Of a stretch of DNA of 64,000 bases, positions 20,669 through 32,489 are shown piece by piece. The position numbers and the translations under genes are program-made. Origin of the DNA: Microcoleus sp. (GTDB taxonomy: Bacteria; Cyanobacteriota; Cyanobacteriia; Cyanobacteriales; Microcoleaceae); the NCBI GenBank assembly GCA_052279835.1, contig CP181291.1, positions 5,312,001 to 5,376,000 on the forward strand. The letters run 5' to 3'. The notes beneath the pieces were generated by a model. That model did not search any database, was not told where the DNA came from, and worked only from the letters and a program-made list of their open reading frames with translations. Each line of letters opens with the position of its first letter. Positions within the stretch are counted from its first letter, which is position 1.

Positions 20669-20741
20669 AAAAAGAGCGATCGACCTTTCCATGCCAAAAG
20701 AGCGATCGCCCTTCCCATCCCCAAAAGAGCGATCGCCCTTC
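20669..20741. repeat. 3 imperfect tandem copies of AAAAGAGCGATCG(A/C)CCTT
   Basis: Directly visible; HIP1-containing units. Confidence 0.85.
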
Positions 20742-20746
20742 TCAAA

Positions 20747-23700
20747 CTAAACTGTTTTAAAAGCAGCTAATTCACTATCTTTCACTTCTTGAACCCATAA
20801 GCCCATTGGTTCTACCCAGTTTTCCAAAACCGCAACTGGAATAGGAGGAAAACTTACCACACCTATTGGATTAACATAGATTGATGGTGGATACAAGTTA
20901 AAGTTAAAAGAAAATTTCTCATTTACGTTAACTGAACCTGTTTCTACTTCAGGAGAACGATTTTCACTTTTGGTGTCTCTCGCTCTTTGATCGTAACTTT
21001 TTTCCTCTTCGCCTATTCGGTACAAAGTAGTCAATATTTCTGGCTTATCATAGATTTTGAATCCTTGAGAATCATAAGCTTTTGCTGCACGTCTCATTTC
21101 CTTGGCAATTAAATCAATAGCAGTGGGTGCTAATGCCAAAATTTTTGCCAAGTCTTCATTACTTGGATTTTTTCCTTCTTCAGCCAAAATCTTGCGAGCT
21201 GTTTTGGTGTGAACCTTACCCCACCCCGTTCCGTTAAAAATTCCAAAATCACCTCTTTGTTGAACCAAACCATAGACGTAAAGATCAAAGGCTCTACTTG
21301 GCTGGTTTTTTTCGTATTCCCACCTAATAGCACCAGCAATTGCACGCCCATCAATCCCATAGTAGGCAGCCGCAGATCGCAGAAAGGTTTTATATTTTGC
21401 AAGCATTTCTTCGGCAGTCATATTCCAAGTAGTTGATGCAGCTACAAAGCTTTTGTCGATTAATAATAATTCCTGACTCACCTGCTTAATGTACAAATCC
21501 TCATAATCTATAGAATCTGAAGGAATGTTTTGTATGTGAATGTCTGGCCCGTAAATATCTATATCTTTATCGGGTATCCTTGCCTTCAATTGATAAGTCC
21601 CTTCTGAAATATTAACGGGAACTTTTAAACTGCCTACAAAATTATCACCATCAATGGTAATCTCACCAAAAAGTAGGTTGTCACCCAGATATATTTTCAC
21701 AATTTCAGTTTCTATGTCTCGACTTTTACCTTTGATTGTGATTGAGCCTCCCGGAGTTAATATTGTATCTCGATCTAAGCTGTCTGCTGCACTGGTAATC
21801 TCAATATATGGAAATGTCCCAGAGTTAGATGAATTGGAAAAATTATTGTTAGTTGCCACACTATTTTTAGAATTATTGCTGCTTCCAGTTCCTAGAGAAC
21901 CCAGCTTAGTTAAGCCTAGAGCTTTAGCTTCGAGAAAGACGTTCAAAGGGTTAAGAGTTTGGCTTTTAACACTTGCTTTAACGGATGCTACATCAGTTTC
22001 ACTGGGTTCCTGACCCTTCGGATTAATCCAGTTAGCTTTTTGTCCTTCTCGCACATCAAAATGTAAATGTCCATCAGTTATTGCGCCTAGCTTTTGGCCG
22101 GCTGAAATCTTTTGACCTTTAGAGACAGTTATATCCACCACATGAGCATAGTAGATGGTTTTATTCAGTTGTTTATTGTAAACATAAACTCCGATAGGCT
22201 TTCCGTTACTGTATGAAATTTCCTCTACAGTTCCTTCAGTTAGTGCAGAAACAGTATTTCCGTTTGATGTACCAATATCAAAACCAGTATGGAAAGCTTT
22301 ATAGCCCCCATAGTACAAATTACTATTATCATTTTTGAGATTTGAGTAGTCTTGTAAGTAACCTCCAGTTGCAGTAAAATACACTTTATTGCCTAACATC
22401 AGTTCTGCCATATCTTTAAAATCTTGCAACTGATTCAATTCTGTGTACAAATCTGTTTGACTGTCACTGTAAGAATAGCCCGTGTAAGCAGGGATCAGTA
22501 TTTTCTTCTCAGCATTAACTGCCAAACTGTAATTTGTTCCTTGTTTACCAAGCCTCTCGTCTGGAAAAAGTTTTAAATAATATGTTCCTTTGTCCAATTC
22601 AACACTAACGCGCTTGTCAAGATCGGGTTTTTCATAGTCAAGCGCACTAAAGTCGATCGACTTACTAGGATTCGCAGCATTAAATAGCTGGATGTGGGTA
22701 GGCGCACTTAATCCCCGTAGCCCAAACGTCATCACATTGCGCTCATCAAGTGTAAATTTATAAAAATCAGCGCCATCCACATTGCCATTTAGATACCCTA
22801 CAAATTCCTGCAACTTGTAGTCTTCATCATTATCTGCTTTGTTAGGCTGTCCATCCTTAATAACCCCCAAATCCCGCGCACTTGCCCAATCATTCCCACC
22901 TTGATTCGGGTTAATTACCAAATTGTAATTAGTCATCATCCCCGGACTAGGAGCAACAGTCAGATAATAAGACTTACCCGGTTGCAAATAAGCAGCCGCA
23001 TAATTTTCGCCACTATCTTTCTTAGCATTCAAGAAAGTCACATCTTTCCCAGACTCATCCTGAAGCCTCATGTTAGCCGCTAACATATTCGCTTCCGCAT
23101 CACCCGCAGGCGGTTTCAGCGCCAGATGAACTAGCCCATAATCGCCCACTTGGAACTTATAAACATCACTACTATCCCCCTTATCAGCCCCTACAAAATC
23201 AGAGAACTGATAATCACTTAATTGAGCAATATCCGTCAACATACCGAGGTCACGAGTTTGGTTCCAATCTTCACCAGCTTGGTCAAGATTCATCACCAAA
23301 TCATACTTAGCCGCTTGAGTCGATGAATTTGGCAAATACACCCGCACTAAATAATTGCCCGGTTGTACGTTGGCATAATCTTTGTACTCCGATTCCGTCC
23401 CCGAACGATTGGAACCATCCACCGGAGAAATCATGGTACTATTCACAATGCCACTGCCATTATCCCGCAGCAATTCCACATTCGCATCCGCACTCAAATT
23501 CTTCAGCGCTAAGTGCAACTCTTCAGCAGGTGCGTCAATATTCAAGCGGTAGTAAGCTTCCCGATTTTTGCCGCCAACATAGCGGTCTTTATACTCGTGG
23601 CGACCTGTGTAAGTCCCTAAATCCTCTGCCATTTGCATGGTGAGAGTGTAATTAGTATTAGTATTATTAGCAGGATTCACCCGCAGATAATAACTTCCCG

Positions 23701-26476
23701 GCTGGAGTTTTTTCGCTCCTACCTTGCCAGAAAGCGAATCGAGACTGACGACATTGCCGTTACTATCTAATAACTCAACATTCGCATCAGCACCCGCCTC
23801 TAAATCAGATAAACTGAAATGCAACAGGCTCGGATGCTCCACAGAAAAGCTATAGTAATCCCCTAAACCATCGCCCTTATTCCCCACAAAATCGCGGAAC
23901 TGGCGGCGACCTTTAATTGCTCCTAATGGTCGGGCGGTTCCTAAACTTTCCTGTGCTGAATCAAGGTTGAGCGTTAGCCCGTAATTGAGATTATCTTTAG
24001 CAGGTTTTACTCGCACATAATAAGTAGTGCCATTTAAGTAAGATAATCCCGGTTGACCGTTAGGTTGCCAAACTTGAGACAAAGGCACGCGCTTCATCTG
24101 ATCATCTAAAATCTCAATTGTCGCATCCGTCAACGGAATATCAATTCCATTAGACCTAAGAGCAAACAGCAAATCGTGGGGATATAAATCGCCCAAATTT
24201 TCCACGGTAAACTTATAGTAATCCTGGCGCTTGGAGAAACCAACATACTGACCGTATTCTTTGCGACCGTATTGCATCCCCAAATCGTGCAGCCGCACCT
24301 CAACAGGTGTCACATTAGTAGCAGATGAATTGCCAGACCCAGTTTGATAAGCAACAGCGTGGATACCATTCCAGACCACATAACCGCCATCAAAATACTG
24401 AATCGCCGCTACCCGACTATTTAATAAAGTATTCCAATCAATTTGAACACCATTGAGAGGATTACCCAACCAAGATTTATTTTGAATGTAAGCCAGGGCG
24501 ATCGCTTGTCGAGCATTCTCTTCCGCCTCTAGCCTGCGGCGTTGTGCGGCTTCGGCGGCCGCTTTTGCTGCTGCTTCTGCTGCTGCTTTTGCCGTTGCTT
24601 CGGCGGCCGCTTTTGCTGCCGCTTCTGCTTGCTGTTTTTTCAATAACTCAGCTTTCGCCTGTTCTTCCGCAATCTTCTGCCAATCCACAGGCGGCGGTTG
24701 AACGATAACGGTGTCTTGCGATCCACCAGGATTCGTAAATACTGGAGGTTGATATATCACAGGTCTGGGCAGCCAGATTGACTCATCTAGTACAGAGATA
24801 TTGTTATTTTCGTTAAAATTCAGTGTCAGTTTATAGGGATCGATTTCATAGCGCGAACCCTTATCAACGTGCAAGTGATAGTTACCAGGATATAACGTAA
24901 CACTCCTGTAACTACTATTGCGATCGGGTTGACTTACAGCGATTGGATTGCCATTTGCAGAATACAAAGATACTTGAGCTTCTAGTAACTCACTACCCAA
25001 ACCATCCTTCAAGGAGAACTGTAGCAATTTGGGGCTAGTCACCGTGAAATCAAAACGATCCATCCGATTGGAATTATTCAGCCAACCGTAATAGTATCGC
25101 CGTCCCGAAGGATTCTGAACTTGATGCACCTGTACCGCCCGTTCTTGTGGCGTTACTTGTCCTTGCTTACTCCAAGTTGTGAGATTCAAGAAATCTTCAG
25201 GATTATAAACTTCCGGCGTTGTCTGCTTCGCCTTCTCCACCGCCGCCAACACATCCAACAACCCAAAACCCGTGTCATCATCCCAACCGGGCGCGCCCAA
25301 ATCCTTCGCCGTCTTCTCCAAAATCTCAATCACTTGACGGTAACTCAAATCGGGATTCGCGGCCCACACCAACGAAGCCGCCCCCGCTACCTTCGCCGTC
25401 GCTACCGAAGTCCCGGTCATCGTCCCCACGCCATCTCCCACCGTTGACCATTCTGGGTTATCGGGAGTCCCACCTTCAGCCAAAATATCCAAACCCCGGC
25501 CAAAACTAGAATAAACAGCCCGGTTATTTCCGTCAGCCGACCCCACTGTCAAAATATTGTCAAACTCCTGAGAAGCTTGACCCAAAACCGACATCACACC
25601 GCCGTCGTTACCCGCCGCCACTACCAGCATTACCCCATTTTGCCGCGCATATTCGATCGCACTTCTTTCTGGCGGAGTCAACTCATAGCGCGTTGTCACA
25701 ATCCCGTCAGCATTCTTCTGAGTCAAATCCAAACTGAGATTCGCGATCGCATTTTTCTGTCCAGAAGCCTTCGCAGCATCCACAAACTCTACCAAAGAAT
25801 CCGCCCATCTCCCAGAATCGATCGCCCTTCCCACCCACTTCGGCGCAGTCTTATTAATTGCATCCACAATCCCCAACATAAAAGTACCGTGCTCGCTACC
25901 TTCCCCAGGCTTCAGCAACGGATTGTCATCCCCGCCCACATAATCGCGGCCCTTCTTAATATTCGCGTAATTCAAATAAGGACTATCCGCACTCACACCA
26001 GTATCAATACTTCCCACCAACGGCTGAGAAGCTAAAGGAAAATTCAGCAATTGACGGATTGCATTCGGATTCTTAGGATTCGGCGAATGCGGATCGATGG
26101 GAATTACAGCAACCGGCAAAGTCTCAAAGGCACCACCCGGATTGTAAGGAGTTTGAGTGGCAATCCCATCATGGTAGAGACCCAGCGGGTCGAAATCAAT
26201 CAGCGGTGGTAAATTATTGGTTGGTGCATCAGGGGCGATCGGGCAAACACCGCTATCAGCCAAGAAATTAGGTAAATGCAAATCGGGAAGCGCCAAAGAA
26301 CCCAATAACTGATGTAAATAGTCAAACTCGTGATCCCAATCTCCAATACTCGCACTCGGAGTCACGATTTTTTCTAAGATAAAACTTTTCCGTCGTTTCC
26401 GACTCTTTGTTTTAGTGGAATCCCCAAAACCTTTACCTTGTTTGCCTTTTTTACCACCAAAATTTAGCCAACCCAT
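20747..26476 (-). CDS. Giant multidomain S8 peptidase with PPC repeats, an M23 peptidase domain and a lysozyme-like C-terminus
   Basis: S8: IDTG / EHGT / AAGND / GTSVA. Repeated DYYxF...GxYYLRV PPC-like modules. M23: HTGFD..HLHFD. C-terminus [19 protein letters not shown]. Confidence 0.85.
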   Translation of the reverse strand: MGWLNFGGKKGKQGKGFGDSTKTKSRKRRKSFILEKIVTPSASIGDWDHEFDYLHQLLGSLALPDLHLPNFLADSGVCPIAPDAPTNNLPPLIDFDPLGLYHDGIATQTPYNPGGAFETLPVAVIPIDPHSPNPKNPNAIRQLLNFPLASQPLVGSIDTGVSADSPYLNYANIKKGRDYVGGDDNPLLKPGEGSEHGTFMLGIVDAINKTAPKWVGRAIDSGRWADSLVEFVDAAKASGQKNAIANLSLDLTQKNADGIVTTRYELTPPERSAIEYARQNGVMLVVAAGNDGGVMSVLGQASQEFDNILTVGSADGNNRAVYSSFGRGLDILAEGGTPDNPEWSTVGDGVGTMTGTSVATAKVAGAASLVWAANPDLSYRQVIEILEKTAKDLGAPGWDDDTGFGLLDVLAAVEKAKQTTPEVYNPEDFLNLTTWSKQGQVTPQERAVQVHQVQNPSGRRYYYGWLNNSNRMDRFDFTVTSPKLLQFSLKDGLGSELLEAQVSLYSANGNPIAVSQPDRNSSYRSVTLYPGNYHLHVDKGSRYEIDPYKLTLNFNENNNISVLDESIWLPRPVIYQPPVFTNPGGSQDTVIVQPPPVDWQKIAEEQAKAELLKKQQAEAAAKAAAEATAKAAAEAAAKAAAEAAQRRRLEAEENARQAIALAYIQNKSWLGNPLNGVQIDWNTLLNSRVAAIQYFDGGYVVWNGIHAVAYQTGSGNSSATNVTPVEVRLHDLGMQYGRKEYGQYVGFSKRQDYYKFTVENLGDLYPHDLLFALRSNGIDIPLTDATIEILDDQMKRVPLSQVWQPNGQPGLSYLNGTTYYVRVKPAKDNLNYGLTLNLDSAQESLGTARPLGAIKGRRQFRDFVGNKGDGLGDYYSFSVEHPSLLHFSLSDLEAGADANVELLDSNGNVVSLDSLSGKVGAKKLQPGSYYLRVNPANNTNTNYTLTMQMAEDLGTYTGRHEYKDRYVGGKNREAYYRLNIDAPAEELHLALKNLSADANVELLRDNGSGIVNSTMISPVDGSNRSGTESEYKDYANVQPGNYLVRVYLPNSSTQAAKYDLVMNLDQAGEDWNQTRDLGMLTDIAQLSDYQFSDFVGADKGDSSDVYKFQVGDYGLVHLALKPPAGDAEANMLAANMRLQDESGKDVTFLNAKKDSGENYAAAYLQPGKSYYLTVAPSPGMMTNYNLVINPNQGGNDWASARDLGVIKDGQPNKADNDEDYKLQEFVGYLNGNVDGADFYKFTLDERNVMTFGLRGLSAPTHIQLFNAANPSKSIDFSALDYEKPDLDKRVSVELDKGTYYLKLFPDERLGKQGTNYSLAVNAEKKILIPAYTGYSYSDSQTDLYTELNQLQDFKDMAELMLGNKVYFTATGGYLQDYSNLKNDNSNLYYGGYKAFHTGFDIGTSNGNTVSALTEGTVEEISYSNGKPIGVYVYNKQLNKTIYYAHVVDITVSKGQKISAGQKLGAITDGHLHFDVREGQKANWINPKGQEPSETDVASVKASVKSQTLNPLNVFLEAKALGLTKLGSLGTGSSNNSKNSVATNNNFSNSSNSGTFPYIEITSAADSLDRDTILTPGGSITIKGKSRDIETEIVKIYLGDNLLFGEITIDGDNFVGSLKVPVNISEGTYQLKARIPDKDIDIYGPDIHIQNIPSDSIDYEDLYIKQVSQELLLIDKSFVAASTTWNMTAEEMLAKYKTFLRSAAAYYGIDGRAIAGAIRWEYEKNQPSRAFDLYVYGLVQQRGDFGIFNGTGWGKVHTKTARKILAEEGKNPSNEDLAKILALAPTAIDLIAKEMRRAAKAYDSQGFKIYDKPEILTTLYRIGEEEKSYDQRARDTKSENRSPEVETGSVNVNEKFSFNFNLYPPSIYVNPIGVVSFPPIPVAVLENWVEPMGLWVQEVKDSELAAFKTV

Positions 26477-27127
26477 AACTTTTGCACCCTGATGAATATG
26501 AATTCGATCGCACGAACTTAATTAAATGCCTTCAGACACTCAACCAAAATCCTTTGTTGACAATGATTTTTTACTAATCGTCAAAAATTTCTGTTTATTT
26601 GAGAAATTAAGCAAATTCAACAAATTTCCTGCATTGGCGATCGGCAAAAACTTTGTTACTGCTTAATTTCCCTGATTTCTTGCTTCTTCACAGGGTCATT
26701 GTATACCAAAAATATTTAGGCGATCGTAAAGTTTCTGTAAAGTTTTGGGGAGAGCAATCCCCTCATTAATCTGAAGTATTTACCACACAAGGCTTCCATC
26801 TAATTACAACTGAAAAAAGTGTAAAAAAAATTAACTATTTCAGAATTAACACTTGCTTGTTTTCTGATTTATGATAACATGAACACCAAGGTGAAATTTG
26901 GATTAAAGTCTAAAGCCGAAACAAATATCACCAAAGCTTCTTCACAAAATGTTTCAATACTTCCCTGCTTCATTGAAACGGGCTGAAATTCTCATTGATA
27001 AATACCGTTTTCAGGGAAAATTAGGGTTGATCGAAATACTCAAAAACCTAGCGGAGAAAACTGAAAAATATAAATTTGCGATCGATTCAAGACAATTCAA
27101 TAAAAACACCCACTTTGACTGACTTCT

Positions 27128-27347
27128 CTTGTCCCCCCCTTATTAAGGGGGGCTAGGGGGGATCGAGTTTCCGCCTAAAACTCACTGTCTCTGTGCTTGA
27201 TCCGAAAGTCCCGATCCCCCTAAATCCCCCTTCTTAAGAGGGACTTTGAGTGAAATCTGTTGTTCTCCCGGATGTTTTAGGAGACGAGTGAAACTCTTGT
27301 CCCTCCCTTCTTAAGGGGGGTTAGGGGGGATCGAGTTTCCGCCTAAA
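27128..27347. repeat. Two direct copies of a CCCCCTT..TAAGGGGG palindromic repeat
   Basis: cttgtccc..ctt.ttaagggggg.taggggggatcgagtttccgcctaaaa at ~27128 and ~27296; a relative lies at ~20012. Confidence 0.8.
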
Positions 27348-27392
27348 ATGCGTAATTCCCTCTTCCATCTTCCATCTTCCTTCTCCCAAACC

Positions 27393-28421
27393 ATGCAACT
27401 CAAATCAGCGGTGCAGTGGATATCTCATCCCGACGGTCATTGGATACTTCGCAATCCCGAAGACATTACCTGTCTGCAAATTGACAACTTTGATAAACAG
27501 GTAATTTTGCTACTAAATCAACAGCCACTAACTAACATTCTCGCCGAATACGACCTAGATTTAGAATCTGTGCAAAATCTCTTAAAAGACTTAGCACAAG
27601 CAGGAATGCTAGAAGGAACCAAGCCGCCAAAAGCCAAATTCAATCTGCTATCCTTCACAATTCCCCTAGTCAATCCCGATGTTTGGCTATCGCGGCACAT
27701 CAACAAATTGCGCTGGATTTGGACCTGGCAATTTGGCTTTTTTCTGTGCGCTTTCATCTCTTCTTCAGTAGCAGTGTGGTTTGCTTCCTCTAACGAAGTC
27801 GCTACTTCGCATCAACAGTTATTGACAGCCGGAAAAATTGAAAATATAATCCAAGTTTCCTTGCTGACAATGCTAGTAATAGCATTCCATGAACTCGGTC
27901 ATGCTTTCACCCTAAAAAACTACGGTGGCATAGTTAAAGAAATTGGATTGTTGTTTATGTGTCTCATCCCCGGATGCTATACAGATACAACCGACCAATA
28001 CAGTTTAGTCCGGCGGAAACAGCGAGTTTTAGTAGTAGGGGCAGGAGTATTGATTCAAGTAACAATTTGGGCAATTGCGGTTTGGATGTGGCTGTTTTCT
28101 CAGTCCAATCCGGTTTGGCATCAAATTAGTTATTTGTTGATGGTGGCGGCATTGCTGACAGTGGCAATTAACTTGAATCCCTTGAATAGATTTGACGGTT
28201 ATTATTTGTTAGTGGCTGCAACAGGGATTAACAATCTGCGACAAAGGTCTTTTGATTTTTATGTAGATTTGTTGCGGAGGGAGGAGATTGAGGAAGCAGT
28301 AGAAACCCGATGGGTTTTGGCGACCTATGCGCCTTTGAGTATAGTTTATACTGTTTGGGCTTTTAGTTACTTAATGTCTTTGATTGGAAATTGGGCTTTG
28401 TTAAATGTTCCGAGTTTTTAA
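27393..28421 (+). CDS. M50-family membrane zinc metallopeptidase with a PqqD-like N-terminal domain
   Basis: HELGH, NLNPL..FDGYY, multiple TMs. ATG 27393 preferred over the repeat-derived extension from 27348. Confidence 0.88.
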   Translation: MQLKSAVQWISHPDGHWILRNPEDITCLQIDNFDKQVILLLNQQPLTNILAEYDLDLESVQNLLKDLAQAGMLEGTKPPKAKFNLLSFTIPLVNPDVWLSRHINKLRWIWTWQFGFFLCAFISSSVAVWFASSNEVATSHQQLLTAGKIENIIQVSLLTMLVIAFHELGHAFTLKNYGGIVKEIGLLFMCLIPGCYTDTTDQYSLVRRKQRVLVVGAGVLIQVTIWAIAVWMWLFSQSNPVWHQISYLLMVAALLTVAINLNPLNRFDGYYLLVAATGINNLRQRSFDFYVDLLRREEIEEAVETRWVLATYAPLSIVYTVWAFSYLMSLIGNWALLNVPSF

Positions 28422-28472
28422 CCGCAGATGAACGCGGATGAAATGCAATGTGATTATTAGGGGTTTATCGAA

Positions 28473-29165
28473 ATGAATGTTTGTCAAAAGTTGGGAATTG
28501 TTGGTGGAAGTTTGAGTTTTGCAGTTGTCAGTCAATGTTTTACTGCACAAGCTGCTACTCTTACTCAAACTTATACTGTGGATATGGGTTCGCAGCCATT
28601 AAATAGCAGCACGAATGTGGTTTTGCCCAAGTTTAATTCAATGTTGGGAACGCTATTAAAAGCTTATGTTACGGTTAAGTCTACTGTTAATAATAGTGTG
28701 ACTCTTACTCCTTTGACTGGAGATTTTACAGGGACGGCGACGACGAATGCAAGCATTGCTGTGAATATTCCGCTGCTCAAAGTTGACCCTATTTTGACTT
28801 TGAGTGTGTTAGCAAGTCCGCCGGAAACTAAGATTGCTAATGGGGGTACGGGAACTGTTAGTGGTTCGGCTTCAGGTTCGGTGTTGAAAAGTTATGATTC
28901 CCAGCAGTCTTTGAGTGCTTTAAGTGGATGTGATGGTGATACTTTTATCGCTGGTTTGATGACTACGGGTTTGACTAAGATTCAGGGGAATCCTGTTATA
29001 GGTAGTTTTGGAGGTTTGGTGTCGGCTAATACTACACTCACTGGAGTTTATGAGTATGAACCTCATGCTAATGCTGCTGTACCGGAACCGATGACTGCTG
29101 TTGGTACGTTTCTGGCGGCTGGCATGGGTTTGTGGTGGAAGAGAAGGGCTTCAAAAAATATATAA
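28473..29165 (+). CDS. PEP-CTERM surface protein (choice-of-anchor E-like)
   Basis: Signal peptide AQA, LPKFNSMLGTL, C-terminal VPEP-TM-KRR. Confidence 0.85.
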   Translation: MNVCQKLGIVGGSLSFAVVSQCFTAQAATLTQTYTVDMGSQPLNSSTNVVLPKFNSMLGTLLKAYVTVKSTVNNSVTLTPLTGDFTGTATTNASIAVNIPLLKVDPILTLSVLASPPETKIANGGTGTVSGSASGSVLKSYDSQQSLSALSGCDGDTFIAGLMTTGLTKIQGNPVIGSFGGLVSANTTLTGVYEYEPHANAAVPEPMTAVGTFLAAGMGLWWKRRASKNI

Positions 29166-29486
29166 CATCGTGTCTGGCATACTTGTTTTTGGTGACGCAC
29201 CCTACAGCTTGTTGAGCTTTTTATGCAGATTCTGGGGTATTGTTACATAAGTTTATATTTGAGTTGCCCGATCGCCCTTCCCGTGCCATCTACATCAGTT
29301 AACAGAGGTGGCGATTTTGCTAAAAACTCTTGTGGGGTGCGCACTCCTAGCCCGCCGACAGATGCTATGTCAATGCAGAAAATCTCAGTAGCGCTGGGCT
29401 ATTGAAGAGGCTACAACCCCGATCGCCACAATCCATCGCCCCAGACAATCCCTTATCCCTTACAATAAACAGGCAATTATTATATT

Positions 29487-30626
29487 TTGAGTTATCCTGT
29501 GAGTCCTACTGCCGAAGTCAGCAATAACCTGAATGCGGGTGCTCTGCCAACTGTTACCGCCCCCCGCCGCGCTGTTTTTCCCTTTACTGCCATTGTCGGC
29601 CAAGAGGAGATGAAACTAGCACTGCTGTTGAATGTCATCGATCCGAAAATTGGTGGGGTGATGATCATGGGCGATCGCGGTACTGGCAAATCTACCACAA
29701 TCCGCGCCCTCGCGGACTTGCTGCCGGAAATTGAGGTGGTAGCAGACGATCCTTTTAACAGTCATCCCAGCGATCCAGATTTGATGAGTGATGAGGTGCG
29801 CGATTCCCTATGGGATAGCTCCGCTTCACGCACTTTATCTCAAACTGACATCAAAATCGCCCACAAAAAAGTCCAAATGGTAGATTTACCCTTGGGCGCG
29901 ACCGAAGACCGAGTTTGCGGTACGATCGACATTGAAAAAGCTCTCTCCGAAGGTGTGAAAGCTTTTGAACCGGGACTGTTAGCTAAAGCCAATCGTGGCA
30001 TCCTCTACGTCGATGAAGTCAATTTGCTCGACGATCATTTAGTCGATGTTTTGCTTGACTCCGCCGCTAGCGGTTGGAATACTGTAGAAAGAGAAGGCAT
30101 TTCGATTCGCCACCCAGCTAAGTTTATTCTAATTGGTTCCGGCAACCCAGAAGAAGGAGAATTGCGGCCCCAATTGCTCGATAGATTCGGAATGCACGCA
30201 GAAATTCGGACTGTAAAAGACCCGAATTTAAGAGTAGAAATTGTCGAACAGCGATCGAGTTTTGACCAAAATCCAGCGGAGTTTCTCTCTCAATATCAAC
30301 ACCAACAAGATGATATGCAACAGAAGTTGGTGGAAGCCCAAGAAAGGTTGAAGTCAGTAAAGCTCGATCGGGATTTGCGAGTAAAAATCTCCCAGGTTTG
30401 CGCCGAATTGGACGTAGACGGACTACGTGGCGATTTGGTCACAAACCGGGCCGCCAAAGCTTTGACCGCCTTAGAATGCCGCACAGAGGTCACAGTGGAC
30501 GATATTCGCCGGGTGATGACCCTGTGTTTGCGCCACCGATTGCGGAAAGATCCACTAGAATCAATTGATTCGGGTTCTAAAGTGACCAAAGTGTTCGATC
30601 GAGTATTCGGCCTAGAAACCAGTTGA
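29487..30626 (+). CDS. chlI: Magnesium chelatase ATPase subunit I
   Basis: [47 protein letters not shown]. Exact start uncertain. Confidence 0.97.
   Translation: MSYPVSPTAEVSNNLNAGALPTVTAPRRAVFPFTAIVGQEEMKLALLLNVIDPKIGGVMIMGDRGTGKSTTIRALADLLPEIEVVADDPFNSHPSDPDLMSDEVRDSLWDSSASRTLSQTDIKIAHKKVQMVDLPLGATEDRVCGTIDIEKALSEGVKAFEPGLLAKANRGILYVDEVNLLDDHLVDVLLDSAASGWNTVEREGISIRHPAKFILIGSGNPEEGELRPQLLDRFGMHAEIRTVKDPNLRVEIVEQRSSFDQNPAEFLSQYQHQQDDMQQKLVEAQERLKSVKLDRDLRVKISQVCAELDVDGLRGDLVTNRAAKALTALECRTEVTVDDIRRVMTLCLRHRLRKDPLESIDSGSKVTKVFDRVFGLETS
29805..29828. mobile_element. 24-nt SDR5-like insert inside a HIP1 site
   Basis: GCGAT[TCCCTATGGGATAGCTCCGCTTCA]CGC; excision restores GCGATCGC. Confidence 0.8.
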
Positions 30627-30743
30627 TAATCAAGACTTCAGCCCTAAAATTAGAACAACATCTTAGTCCGCGAAGGCGGACTTTGTTTGTGTAGCCCCGA
30701 ATTATATTCGGTGGGGTCAATCGATTTTAGATTGTAGATTTTA

Positions 30744-30847
30744 TATCAAATCCGTTGACATCGGAATTATTAATCTCTCTCTTCTCTTCCTTCGCGTCCT
30801 TTGCGCCTTCGTGGTTAAATCACCTGACGATACAACCGGAATTGATA
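30744..30847 (-). mobile_element. 104-bp MITE with TTA target-site duplication
   Basis: TIR TATCAAATCC/GGAATTGATA. Excision restores the heptamer run gatttta-gattgta-gatttta-gattcca. Confidence 0.85.
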
Positions 30848-30900
30848 TTAGATTCCAGAATGCGACCCCACTGATAAATACGGGAGTTTATGATGAGGAT

Positions 30901-31434
30901 ATGGAAACACGAATTTTAGGATTAGATCCGGGCTTAGCCAACCTCGGCTACGGCGCAATTTCTTGTCACATAGTCCCCGGAAAACAAGATGAAAACATCG
31001 TTTCCCTGATTGACTGTGGCGTAATTCAAACAACACCAAAACAAGAAATGGGACAGCGCCTCAAAACAATTTACGAAGATTTGCACTCCGTAATTGAACA
31101 GGTAAAACCAGATGTAGCCATAGCCGAAAAACTCTTCTTTTACAAAATGGGAAATACCATACTTGTAGCCCAAGCGCGGGGAGTTTTGACCCTAGTATTA
31201 GCCCAGTGTGGAGTACCACTGTTCGAGTTTACCCCAGCCCAAATTAAAAAAGCCTTAACTGGGCGCGGGAATGCTGATAAATCGGAAGTGCAAGAAGCCG
31301 TAGCGCGGGAGTTAGAATTAGGTTATATTCCGAAACCCGATGATGCTGCTGATGCTTTAGCCGTAGCTTTAACAGGTTGGTATGATGATGATATTTGTCC
31401 GAAAAAAATAGCATTACAAACTGCCAAAAGTTAA
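30901..31434 (+). CDS. ruvC: Holliday junction resolvase RuvC
   Basis: [32 protein letters not shown]. The ORF-track extension from 30811 starts inside a MITE. Confidence 0.95.
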   Translation: METRILGLDPGLANLGYGAISCHIVPGKQDENIVSLIDCGVIQTTPKQEMGQRLKTIYEDLHSVIEQVKPDVAIAEKLFFYKMGNTILVAQARGVLTLVLAQCGVPLFEFTPAQIKKALTGRGNADKSEVQEAVARELELGYIPKPDDAADALAVALTGWYDDDICPKKIALQTAKS

Positions 31435-31504
31435 TCTCATCTTCCTTCTGTACTGACTCTGACAGGAATTACCCACTTTTCAGACTAAATTCCTGACTAA
31501 GAAG

Positions 31505-32281
31505 TTATTGGGGAAATTTGCCTTCTCTAACTTCTAGGGAATAATCTTTCACAGCTTGAGTAATTGTCGATCGCAAATTGGCATAAGCTTTAGCAAAAGG
31601 CGGCTGTTTTTCCGAAAGCCCTAACAAATCGGAAGTAACTAACACTTGTCCGTCGCAGTGCGGGCCCGCCCCGATACCAATGGTGGGAATAGTTAATTTT
31701 TGAGTAATGCGATCGCCTAAATCAGCGGGAATATGCTCTAATACTATGGCAAAGACACCTGCTTCTTGAAGCGCGATCGACTCTTGCACAATTCTCTCTC
31801 CCGCTTCCACAGTTTTTCCCTGTTTTTTGTAGCCTAGTTGGTGTACAGACTGCGGGGTTAAACCGACGTGTCCCATCACCGGAATTCCGGCGGATGTCAG
31901 TTGCAAAATAGTGGCAATCATGGCTGGATACCCACCTTCTAATTTTACAGCTTGAGCGCCAGTTTCTTTCAACACTCTGCCCGCTGAGTGCATAGCTTGC
32001 TGGACACTTTCTTGATAAGTTAAAAATGGCAAATCCACCACAATTAAGGCTTCTGTCACACCCCGACGCACTGCTTTTGCGTGGTGTAGCATTTCATCGA
32101 GAGTTAGCGGCAAGGTTGTTTCGTACCCCAATATAGGCATTGCGAGGGAATCGCCGACGAGGATGATATCTACGCCGGCTAGATCTATGAGTTGGGCGAT
32201 CGCATAATCATAGGCTGTCAGCGCCACAATTGGTCGCCTTTGTTGTTTCCATTGAATTAATTGATGAGTAGTGACTGACAT
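31505..32281 (-). CDS. panB: 3-methyl-2-oxobutanoate hydroxymethyltransferase
   Basis: [37 protein letters not shown]. Confidence 0.97.
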   Translation of the reverse strand: MSVTTHQLIQWKQQRRPIVALTAYDYAIAQLIDLAGVDIILVGDSLAMPILGYETTLPLTLDEMLHHAKAVRRGVTEALIVVDLPFLTYQESVQQAMHSAGRVLKETGAQAVKLEGGYPAMIATILQLTSAGIPVMGHVGLTPQSVHQLGYKKQGKTVEAGERIVQESIALQEAGVFAIVLEHIPADLGDRITQKLTIPTIGIGAGPHCDGQVLVTSDLLGLSEKQPPFAKAYANLRSTITQAVKDYSLEVREGKFPQ

Positions 32282-32489
32282 TTTAGTGCAAAAATATAAA
32301 ATCGCCGATGATTACTTATAATATCAAATCACTGTTATTTAACTTCTCTAGCAACTCTAAATCATTTGTAAAATTTGTCTGTTACCCCCTTAGTAGGGGC
32401 GGTGCCCCCGTGCCCGCCCTCTCGGTTAAGGGGGATCAGATTCTATGCAGCCTCATAAAAAATTGCTATAAGCTTAAAAATATTACCGA

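Noticed and set aside
26480..27120. ncRNA or tRNA in the long AT-rich spacer
   Set aside because: No recognisable RNA motif; consistent with divergent promoters.
30811..30900. N-terminal extension of RuvC
   Set aside because: It starts inside a MITE; ATG 30901 gives the canonical start.
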